A stretch of DNA of 20,000 nt from Chiloscyllium plagiosum (lineage: Eukaryota), in NCBI RefSeq assembly GCF_004010195.1, contig NC_057749.1, positions 13,885,759 through 13,905,758 of the forward strand. The letters run 5' to 3'. Position numbers and translations under genes: made by a program. The stretch's first letter is position 1. Every line of letters starts with the position of its first letter. The notes beneath the pieces are model-generated. The model did no database searches and was not told where the DNA came from. It worked only from the letters and a program-made list of their open reading frames with translations. Of this stretch, positions 1-9,288 are shown piece after piece.

Positions 1-276
1 GTTTTAACATGACAGGCAGGAGGCTTTTTGGGGTGGTTTGAGGAAAAACCTTTCACCCAGGTTGTGGTGGGGTTCTGATATGTACTGACAGGGAGGGGTA
101 GTATTCGCTAATTATTTCACAACATGGATGAAGTACTTGGATGAACACTTGAAAAATCATAACATTCGAGACTATGGGCCTAGTACTGGAAAATGGGGCT
201 AAAGTAGATGAAGTGTAGTTTTGGCACTACAGACACATTGGTCTAAGGGCCTCTTCTGTATTGTATGATTCTATGA
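1..276 (+). mobile_element. Degraded CR1-clade (HER1-like) LINE 3' end
   Basis: Decayed coding for the CR1 ORF2 C-terminus (resembles R-K-N-x-F-T-Q-x-V-V-G-V-W: 'ttgaggaaaaacctttcacccaggttgtggtggggttc'), followed by a CR1-type tail 'aagggcctcttctgtattgtatgattctatga'. Homologous by eye to the cleaner copy at 12974-13304. Confidence 0.75.
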
Positions 277-469
277 ATGTTTCTCTAGTTTCTCTCCTAC
301 CCTACCCTCTCTAAGCCCATCTAGTCCAGCTGACCTTCTCCTTCGTTCTTGACCCTACTCCAATTAAACAGCTGACCATACATACTTGCTGATAATACAT
401 AAATGATTCCCACTCCTCAGGGACTAACCCACCACTCCAAAATAAACATCCATTATTCATCTATCTCTA

Positions 470-830
470 TGCTATCACCTATGTGCACTGACCGACACTG
501 GCTGCCAGCCCACCAATAAATCAATTTTAAAATTTCATCCTTGTGCTCAAATTTCTCCTATGCTTGACCCGTTCCAAATTTTGTCATGCAACTGTCGAAA
601 ACTCTGATTGCCTCCAAATATGGTCTCTCGTGCATTCCCACTCCCTTTGGCAAATAAGCGCCACCGGTGTGTTCAGCCACTTCAGTACTAATCTCTGACA
701 TTCTTTCTAAATCTCCCCTCCATCATCTTTCACTTCCTTAGAATCCAACTTTAATAAGTTCAAACATTCTGTCGACTTATGCTTCTGTGAAGTGCTTTGA
801 GTGCCTTTCTAGGCGTCAAAGAAATTGTCT
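470..830 (+). mobile_element. Highly decayed L2-clade LINE 3' fragment
   Basis: 'atcacctatgtgcactgaccgacactggctgccagcccaccaataaatcaattttaaaatttcatccttgtgctcaaatttctcc' resembles L2 ORF2 'ITPVL.LHWLPV..RI.FKIL.LV.K.L' with frameshifts. 'gtgaagtgctttgag' near 787 resembles the L2 3' terminus. Confidence 0.5.
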
Positions 831-2155
831 CTTTTTGTATCCAATATCGTTTCTTCTTGTGGGAGGACACCACATTGTTGGCAATGTGAAACTTACATCT
901 TTCTCTGTCTCTTCTGTCATGACTCAGTATAGCTCTACTCTAAAAATGAACACTGACCATAATATGTGTCTGCTGACATTTAGGTAGAATGGCTTCAGAT
1001 GTAAAAGGCAACCTAGGAAGTGGAAAAAAACACTGACATAAAGCTATTGTTTGAAATAATTAGATGATCTAAAGAGGCTGTGCAGCATAACATGAATCAA
1101 TCTATAATGCACACAACTAGGGTGAATGTTTAAGAGGCAATTGCTTGAACTGTTCTTTTTGACAAGTTTTTGAAACTAAGCAATCTCATCATGTGAAAGT
1201 AACTGCTTAGTATTTTTTGCACTTACATACAATTTTGGGCAAATTTGGGCAAATATAAAATTAAGCCTGCCCTTAGATATCTACACATCTTACCCTTTTC
1301 AATCTAGAAGCATCTCTTTGAAGATTCATAATCCAACTTTAATATGTTTCCATATTAAAGCCACAATGGTTTATGAAATCAATGAGATATATTTTGGAAG
1401 GGTATCACAACACTTGAAAGCAACTTTCCTATATAACATCAAATCTTAAACTTCCTGTAAATAATTTATTTTAATGGGACACAAAATTTAACATTGCCAA
1501 GAACTCTTTTTAACCTTTCAAGGGGAGTTAATTAACTGATTGTGCTAATTTAGAGAAAGGTGTTTGGAATTCTTGAATCAGGAAAAAGCATCTTGCTAAA
1601 CGTTGCTGCTGAATTTCTTTAAATTGAACCAACTAAATGGAGGAATCTTATGAACTTATCAGTGACTGGTGAGAATATTTTGGAGGTGAGTGAAGACAGT
1701 GTAGTCTGATTCTAGATGCAAATTATTGAATAATAATGCATTATTATTCAGATGCAAATATGCTATCAAGTTCAACACAACACACACCTACTGTACTTTT
1801 GATAACAACCTTGATTTAGATGCAGGTATTTAGAGTCAATGATTGATGCCTCTGGTGGCAGCCATCTGGATTTCCTCTGCAAGATTTGTTTATAACTGAC
1901 ATGTTTCTTAAAACAAAACTGCAGCTGCTTACAAACATGACAATGGAGTTTAAAGTCAGGTTCAACTCACTCACAAACATAGTGCGCAATCAAAAAAAGG
2001 AAAAATAAACTGCCCGCAATTAAGAACATCACTTGAATTTGAATTCACTTTTCTGTACAGTTTCTTTATAACTCCATTCAAGCAGAATTAGATTTTCCAA
2101 TCACTATTCCTGCATGGTTCCAAAGAATTCAATAAAATCACAACTCATGTTGTGG

Positions 2156-2675
2156 GTACAACCCATGGACAAAACCAACGTCATCTACAAAATTCCATGC
2201 AAGGACTGCCACAAACACTACGTAGGACAAACTCAAGAAAGTTAGCCACCAAGATACACGAACACCAGCTAGCCACAAAAAGACATGTCCCTCTCTCCCT
2301 CGTAGCCCTACACACGGATGAAAAAAACCCACCATTTTGACTGGGACAACACATCTATCCTGGGACAGGCTAAGCAAAGACATGCCAGAGAATTCCTACA
2401 GGCCTGGCACTCCAACCACAACACCATAAACAAACACAGAGATCTAGATACCATCAATCAACCCCACAGAAAACGAACAGGAAATGACATCACCACAAAC
2501 CCTGGGATCCCCATCCAGGACCAACATATAAATAGAAAACATTTCACTTGGAGGTTGCCACTGATGATGTTACCTAGCCAGGTAATGAAACGTCTGGATA
2601 TCAAACCTACAGGTCAGCGAGCAAATCTACATCCTAAACCTCAACTTGAGATACAAACCTTCACAAACCTTGCAA
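2156..2675 (+). mobile_element. 5'-truncated Penelope-like element (Poseidon-like): GIY-YIG endonuclease C-terminus plus 3' terminal repeat
   Basis: Frameshifted translation PMDKTNVIYKIPCKDCHKHYVGQT-RKLATKIHEHQLATKRH...HHFDWDNTSILGQAKQRHAREFLQAWHS. VIY...YVG is the GIY-YIG signature with a CxxC motif. Paralogous to 19700-20000. Confidence 0.9.
2552..2608 (+). ncRNA. Minimal type-I hammerhead ribozyme motif in PLE 3' repeat (core intact)
   Basis: CCA(2558-60) CTGATGA(2561-67) T GTTACC-tagcca-GGTAAT(2569-86) GAAA(2587-90) CGTC(2591-94) TGG(2595-97). Helix I may extend through AGGTT(2552-56)/AACCT(2604-08). Confidence 0.75.
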
Positions 2676-3080
2676 AAATCACTTTAATAGTTATATAAGT
2701 GTTGGTCATTAATGCTCTCAAGCCACCTTAAAGATCTAACGGTTTTGATTCAGACTGGTCCAACTGCAATATTTTGTTACAGTTTTGATGCCAGTCTTTA
2801 AATATCCCAATGTAATGAAATGTATATCACTTCTATTTTGAGCAAAATTTTCCAAAAATAAGTATGCCAGACACATTTCTCTTATCCTGTCCTTCAGGGC
2901 ATTTCTCTCCACTAAGGACAGCTGTTCCATGGCATGAACAAAATGGGATGATCCATCTTAGCCACCTCCGAAGGTTCCCTAAGTTAGAAGTATCAGCCAA
3001 TTTTATTTACTACATGCAATATCAAAGAAATAGATGCAGAAAAATATGAGCTTTTGCAATACGTTTTATTATTAAAGAAA

Positions 3081-3790
3081 GGATGTGGGCATTGGAGCGC
3101 TTGCTGCCCATAACCTAATTGCCCTTGAATAGGTGGTGGTGAACCACTTTTTTAAGATTAGATTAGATTCCCTACAGTTTGGAAACAGGCCCTTTGGCCC
3201 ATTAAATCCACAGTGACCCTCCGAAGAGTAACCCACCCAGACCCATTCCCCGACTCTATATTTACCCCTGACTAATGTACCCAACACTTTGGGCAAATTA
3301 GCATGGTCAATTCACATCTTTGAATTGTGGGAGGAAACTGAAGCACCCAAAGGAAACCCACGCAGACACGGGGAGAATGTGCAAACTTCACACAGACAGT
3401 CATCCCGAAGTGGGAATCGAACCCAGGTCCCTGGCGCTGTGAGGCAGCAGTGCTAACCACTGAGCCACCGTGACGCCCCCTTCTCGAATCGCTGCAGTTC
3501 ATGTGATGCACCACACCCACAGTACTGTTGAGAAGAAATTTCCATGAATAGATTCAGCAGCAGTGAAGGAACAGCAAGTTCCAAATCTGGATAGTGTATG
3601 GTTTGCCAGGGAACTTGAAGGTGGTGGTGTTTGCATGTATCTGTTGCCCTTGTCCTTCGACATGGTAGAGGTTGCAAGCTTGGAAGGTGCTGCTGAGGGA
3701 GCCTTGATGAATTACTGTAGTGCACCTTGCAGATGGTACACATTAATGCCACCATACCTCTGTGGTGGCAGGGGTGAATGTTTGAATGAT
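3081..3790 (-). mobile_element. CR1/L2-group LINE 3' portion, interrupted by a SINE at ~3154-3478
   Basis: ORF 3453..3755 (-) 'VALMCTICKVHYSNSSRLPQQHLPSLQPLPCRRTRA' resembles the 'HRRTVAAVCTIYKMHCSNSPRLL.QHLP' C-terminus of this LINE type. The sequence 'gtggtggtgaacc' / 'ccttctcgaatcgctgcag' resumes across the SINE. Confidence 0.7.
3154..3478 (-). mobile_element. HE1-like tRNA-derived V-SINE, near full length
   Basis: On the minus strand: A box TGGCTCAGTGG (3467-3457), B box GGTTCGATTCC (3423-3413), V-domain 'gtttgcacattctccccgtgtctgcgtgggtttcc', and a CR1-like tail 'gggccaaagggcctgtttcc...(aatct)n'. Confidence 0.9.
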
Positions 3791-4114
3791 AGAATCATAG
3801 AATCCTTCCAGCGTGGAAGCAGGCCATTCAGCCCACAAAGATCCACCAACTCTCCAAAGAGCATCCCACCCAGACCCATGCCCCCTACCATACCCTATAA
3901 CCTTCCATTCTCCATGGCTAATCCACCAAGCCTGGGCACTATGGGCAATCCACCTAATCTGCACATCGTTGGATTGTGGCAGGAAATTGGAGCAGCCGGT
4001 GGAAACCCAGCAGACATGGGGAGAATGTCTCTGTGGAGTTTGCACAGTCACCCAAGGGTGGAATCGAACCCAGGTCCCTGGTGCTGTAAGGCAGCAGTGC
4101 TAACCACTGAACTA
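3789..4114 (-). mobile_element. HE1-like V-SINE, second and more diverged copy with an internal micro-inversion
   Basis: Aligns to 3154-3478: 'ggaatcgaacccaggtccctggtgctgtaaggcagcagtgctaaccactga' head and 'atagaatcatagaatcc' tail. Confidence 0.88.
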
Positions 4115-4971
4115 CTTACTTGTTTGACATAGAAAGCAAAGCCAGCAAGCCAATCTTCTTTTTAATCTGCATCTCCCTCCCAGTGCAAGAACAGGATAGC
4201 TACAATCTTGAGAACCGTCAATTTAAAAAAATGGTCAGAGTGGAAATATCAATCATTTCTTTATCCTCCCTAGAAATTAAAGAATCATTGGGAACAATCA
4301 CCTCCCAAATCCTGCAAACTGGGCACAGGAGCTCATATCCTTGAAAATGTCAGGTTGCAGAAATTGGCAATATGGTATCTGATTTGACAGTCCAGTTGGA
4401 TCTTCCATCCTGCTGTGACAGTGAGGTTTACAACAGTGATTTAGTAACGGGCAGAGACTGCAGACTCCATTTACTGGATAAAGGCTTTCTGCTTCATTGC
4501 AAGGTATTGACCAGTTGGTGCTATTCTACTGGTGTGTGGACACTTCCTCAGGAACGTTTTTAGCAAGTTACATTTAGCAGACCCAAATTAAACTTAGCCA
4601 GGCTTAGGTGTGTACAATGGATTGAAAAGGTCAATAGAAAAAAACATTCTAAGCCACTGACTGTGAGAGAGACAATGGTCATTCTGATCACCAGTCACTC
4701 TCAGCCAAACTCCATTCTAATATCGCAAAATTTGTTTATTCCTGTACTCCAATCCCTTTGCAATAAAGGCCTCCATGCCATTTACCTTCACCATTGTTGC
4801 ATGAACCTATGGGATATCTATGTTCCTTATATGAGTGCACCCTCTGTACATCACATCATTTAAAACATATTCTGCTTTTCTATCTTTCATGCCAAAGAGA
4901 CAAATGTCTGTTTCCCATCATACTCTATCTGCCATCACACTGCCCCTCACCCCTAATTAACGTAACCAGAC

Positions 4972-5785
4972 AGATGGGGTATCAATCAAGTAGGCTGCTT
5001 TATCCCTCATGCTGTCAAGCTTCTGGAGTATTTTTGGAGTTGCCCTTAACCAGGCAGCAGAAAGTATTCCATTATTCTGATTTATGCCTGGAAGGTGGGC
5101 AGACTTTGGGGAGTAAGGGTTAGTTGTTCGCCACTAAAAATTTCAGCCTCTTAACCATTTTTGTACACACAGTACTTGTAAGCTGGTACGGTTCATTTTC
5201 TAGTCAATGGTAAACCTCAGGATGTTGACAGTTCAGACTCCAGTGATGGCGACATCACTCAATATCAAGAGACATGGTCAGATTTACTTTTGTTAAAGAT
5301 CATCATTAACTGGCACTGGTATGGCATGACGGCTACTTGTCACTCACCAGCTCCGGTATGACGGTATCCAGACGTTCAGACATATTGGCATGGCCATTTC
5401 AGAATCTAACATGTCACAAATGGTGTGAAATATTGCACAATCATCAAACATTCCCACTTCTGACTTTATGATGGATGGCAGGTTGTTGATGAAGTAGCTA
5501 AAGATGATTGGGTTTTGGAACAATAACTCCTGCAATGATGTCCTGTGGCTGAGATAACTGACCACCAACAAACATTTTTATGATTCCAAAATGGAAAGTT
5601 TTGCCTGATATGCAGTTACTTCAATTTTGCTAGGGCTCCTTTAAGACACACAGTTAAATGCTGCCTGTCTTTATGTTAATAGCAGTCATCATTTTCACCT
5701 CACCTCTTTTATCCATATTAGGACCAAAGCTGTAATGAGATCAGAGGCATAGTGGCCCTGGGAGAACCCAAACTGAATACTGTTG
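4972..5785 (-). mobile_element. Decayed CR1/L2-group LINE reverse-transcriptase region
   Basis: ORF 5344..5571 (-) 'PIIFSYFINNLPSIIKSEVGMFDDCAIF' is a degenerate RT 'P.IF..FINDLP.......FADD'. Downstream on the minus strand is 'LQKLDSMRDKAAYLIDTPS'. Confidence 0.75.
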
Positions 5786-5789
5786 AGCT

Positions 5790-6048
5790 CCACCATCTTA
5801 CTTGGTTGAATGAGTCTTCAACAACACTCAAGAAACTAAATATCACTAAAGGCAAATCAGCTCAATTGATTGATATCCCATCCATCACCAACACACAACA
5901 GTGGCAATTATGTACATTTACAAAATGCATTGCAATGTCTGCTACTTAGAAGGCCAAGGGCAGACATACATGAATACCACTGCAACTTCCCCTACAACCC
6001 TCATATAATTCAATTTTGGAATAATATCACCAAAATTTCACTGTTGCT
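5790..6048 (+). mobile_element. Same LINE family, opposite-orientation 3' fragment
   Basis: 'TWLNESSTTLKKLNITKGKSAQLIDIPS' and 'tgtacatttacaaaatgcattgc' (CTIYKMHC-like). Homologous to 4972-5060 (-) and 3560-3790 (-). Confidence 0.65.
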
Positions 6049-6050
6049 TT

Positions 6051-6145
6051 GTTCCTGATGAAGGGCTTTTGCCCGAAACATTGATTTTCCTGCTCCTTGG
6101 ACACTGCCTGACCAGCTATGCTTTTCCAGCACCACACTCTTGACT
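6051..6145 (+). mobile_element. Solo PLE terminal-repeat fragment starting at a hammerhead motif
   Basis: CTGATGA(6055-61) A GGGC-tttt-GCCC(6063-74) GAAA(6075-78) CATTG, then 'cctgctccttggacactgcctgaccagctatgcttttccagcaccacactcttgact', shared with 6731-6850 and 16175-16336. Confidence 0.8.
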
Positions 6146-6423
6146 ATAACTTTCTTTGTCCTATTATGACAAACAGCTAAAACAAAAAGTCCTCTAGAGA
6201 ACTGTGGCAAGACTGCATAAGATTAATGAGCAAATCCAATAATCATGACTACTAATATGATGGAAAAATTATAAATCTAAACATATTTGTAAGTTATAGT
6301 ATTGATTAATGTACTTTCAATCAATACTAATTTCTTGGAGAACTGCTAAATACATGTTTCATCACTCCCTGTTAACAAAGTAAAATATTCACATCACAAC
6401 ACTTTAACACTGTAAAATTAATC

Positions 6424-6862
6424 CCCTCCACCTCCAAATCAAAGTCACCCAACAACTGGAGGAAGAACACCTCATCTTCCACCTCAGGACCCTACAACCA
6501 CACGGCATCAACAAAGACTTCACCAGTTTCCAAATCTCCTTACCCTCCCCACCTCATCCCAGATTCAACACTCCAACTCGGCACCACCCTCTTGACCTGA
6601 CCTACCTGTCCATCTTCCTTCCCAGCTATCTGCTCCACCCTCCCCACCAACCTATCACAATCACCTCCTACCTGGATCCACCTGTCGCCAACCCACCTAC
6701 CTTTCCCTCAGCCACCCTTCCCCCACCCCATTCCTGATGAAGGGTTTATGCCCAAAACATCGACTCTCCTGCTCCTCGGATGCCAATTTACCTGCTGTGT
6801 TTTTTCCAGCACCAAGCTTTTCAACTCTGACTCTCCAGCATCTGCAGTGCTCACTTTCACCC
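6424..6862 (+). mobile_element. PLE 3' fragment: endonuclease C-terminus, C-rich 3' region, decayed hammerhead
   Basis: Translation LEEEHLIFHLRTLQPHGINKDFTSF matches the PLE GIY-YIG C-terminal 'E..LIF.LGTL.P.G.N' motif. Hammerhead remnant CTGATGA(6734-40) A GGGT-ttat-GCCC AAAA CATCG. Confidence 0.85.
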
Positions 6863-7289
6863 TTTAGTATAGCCTGTTTCAGAGTGGCCAGAGTACACAG
6901 TCACACTTCCAGTGTGTGACGGATTGCACAATGCTGACTGCAGTGCAAAAAACAGTTACTGTACATTCATTTCTGTACATGGATTCCTGATGCAGCAGCT
7001 GAAGTAGTCACATTGCTCACCTGCATGGGTGAGCTGAGCACTTAGTCAAACAGCAGATGGGGGAAACAAAAAATCAAAAGCAGCCTCAGTTGAGCAGCAT
7101 TCCTATTTTGCTTTTTGTTTTGAATATACTAGAACCCACCAAAACCACAGGTTTCATCAGCAGCAAATTAGAAACAAATTCACCCAGTATAGACAGAATT
7201 AAACAATTGCATTTACATAGTGACTTTCACATATTCACGACCTCCTTAAACACTTTACAGACAAATGAATTATTTTTGTATTGACAACA

Positions 7290-7578
7290 ATAGTCATAAC
7301 TTTGCATCGCAAGATCTCAGACATTAAACAGCTTCTTGCGAAGCTTGTTGGGGGATAATGACCCTCGGGCTTAATACAAGGGCTTCCTACTCTTATCAAA
7401 AGATGCTATGGAATCTTTTACTTTGGCAAGTAGTTGGAGCCTGAGTTTAGCATGACATCTTCAAAAGAGCAACAAAATTCCTCTGCCTTGCGAACGTAGT
7501 CAAATGTTCATGTCCTGGAACACTGCTTGAACCTACAACTCTCTGAAACAAGAGCATTTCCAGTGAGTCAAGTTGACA
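7290..7578 (-). mobile_element. Old DeuSINE (SacSINE1-like) remnant
   Basis: 'tgctatggaatctttta', 'gcctgagtttagcatgacatcttcaaaag' and 'cttgaacctacaactctctga' resemble the reverse complement of the Deu domain and tRNA head as I recall the consensus. Confidence 0.55.
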
Positions 7579-9260
7579 TTTTACACTCCAATGAATGCAT
7601 TCACACAATGTTACAGTTGCGAGAAAAATCTTCTGCTTCCAATTAATGTTTTGCACATGCACACCGATTGGTTTTCCTGTGAGGGTTCCAAGTTAGCAAG
7701 GTCTGAGGAATGGCATTCTTTTGCTTAACCTTGGCTTTCAGCAAGCTTCTTCCATCCCCAGCTGCTCTCACTCCTTTAAACAGTGTTGAGAGCTAAAACT
7801 GAACGAAGAACATCACATTTCAGCACCTTTAAGTAATCATAAAACAAACTTTATTATGACTCTAAAAGTAAATATGCAAATACTTTCCCCAAGAATGCAC
7901 AAGGAAAAGAAATCATTCTCCAATTATCCACTGAATCATTCTTTAACATGTAGAGAAATTCCATGCTGATTAGCTGCAACCTTGCAGTCTCGTAGTATTT
8001 GATTCAGCTCCATGTTATCTGCTCCAATCAGAGCAGTTCCAAGCACCAGTAACCTGAAGCTTGTTTAGTGAACAAGGGAACACAAACAACACAAGCAGCC
8101 GGAGTGGCCCCCGTACTCGCTGGTGCGCATCTTTCCCCTTGCAGCGATGAAGGCCATTTTGTCAAGCAGGAGAGACTGGAACAAAAGTGGCTCTGAAAAC
8201 ACTGTTATGGACAGGCAGATAACAAAGTATAGATGTACAGCTAAAATTACCAATTAGTTTACCAATTGGCTGCAACGGATTCGATTGGTTTGTAATTAAT
8301 TCTAGTTTCTGGCGCATACAGCAGGACGGTTGGCGCCAACCCTTTGTCCTGCTGACACACAATACCAGTACACAAGACCCAAGGGTCCTGGACATCAATA
8401 CCTCTCTCTGCCTCACCTACAGCAGCCAATGCAGAAAATATATCCTGATGTGCTGAAACAGTGAAAAGTTCTGCTGCATGAGAAGGCGCTGACAAGAAAG
8501 AAGTCTTTATGGGCTAAGCTGTGTAACAGCAAGCTTCATGCTAAAATAAACTCCACTGGATTGTCGGACAGGTTGTCTGGTGTATGAAGGGGATTTATTT
8601 TCTGAAGGTCATGCCTGCCACACAGAAGCAACACTGAAATACAACTTTCAGACAAATTATCATCCACCGGTGCGTTCTTTTACTGAGAAAATTGATCATC
8701 CTTTTCATTTCTTTCACTGGAAATGTACTGTGACTACAGCAAACAGCAGATTCATTCATTACAAAATGTACAGGATACATAACACACACCAAACTTGTCT
8801 TGAGATGGTCCAATGCAAATACTAATGCAATTTACAAAGAAAGTGAGAGTTGTAAAAGCACATTTGCTTTGACAAGCACAACTTCGCAACAAGACAAGAT
8901 AATTGATTAGCGCTTTTCTTTCTGTTTCCGGATCAAAGAGAGCTAATTTGAGGGGGTCACGTGTTATTCTTCATAGCAAAGAACAACTGCAAAGGTTCAC
9001 TTTATCAGATTATAATTTCCACTTTTCTGAAAGGGAACTTTAATTAAAGTCATAGAATTTTCAGTGGACAATTTTTTTTTCATCCTTTGTTTACATCATG
9101 TGTTTTTTTTGAAAAATCTCAGATATGAGATATTTACAGAATATTATATTTAATGTTTCTTTGATTTCCCATTGCATTTTTGTGACATTCAACCTATGTT
9201 GATGTTTACTCTCCACACATGTCCTAAGCTCATTTCCTGTTCAATTCTTAAAACCCTTTT

Positions 9261-9288
9261 AGGCTGAATGGCCTCCTCCTGTTCTATA
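9261..9288 (+). repeat. Tiny CR1-type 3' tail remnant
   Basis: 'aggctgaatggcctcctcctgttctata' resembles the CR1 terminal hairpin and tail. Confidence 0.4.

Noticed and set aside
787..987. Short ORFs in unique DNA (e.g. 787-987, 2736-2930, 4120-4344, 7057-7284, 8580-8825, 15307-15549)
   Set aside because: No recognisable domains, lengths expected by chance, and no coherent exon chain.
1234..1254. TTTGGGCAAA tandem duplication
   Set aside because: Ordinary two-copy slippage. There is no CRISPR-like repeat-spacer array or prokaryotic system anywhere in the window.
1554..1691. Strong + strand donor GAG|GTGAGT at ~1685 suggesting an exon
   Set aside because: The upstream acceptor is weak, the best frame has an in-frame TAA, and the peptide is unrecognisable.
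3405..3478. tRNA-like A/B boxes
   Set aside because: These are the SINE head, continuous with the V-domain and LINE-derived tail, not a tRNA gene.
3563..4132. 189-aa ORF
   Set aside because: Antisense read-through across a LINE and a SINE.
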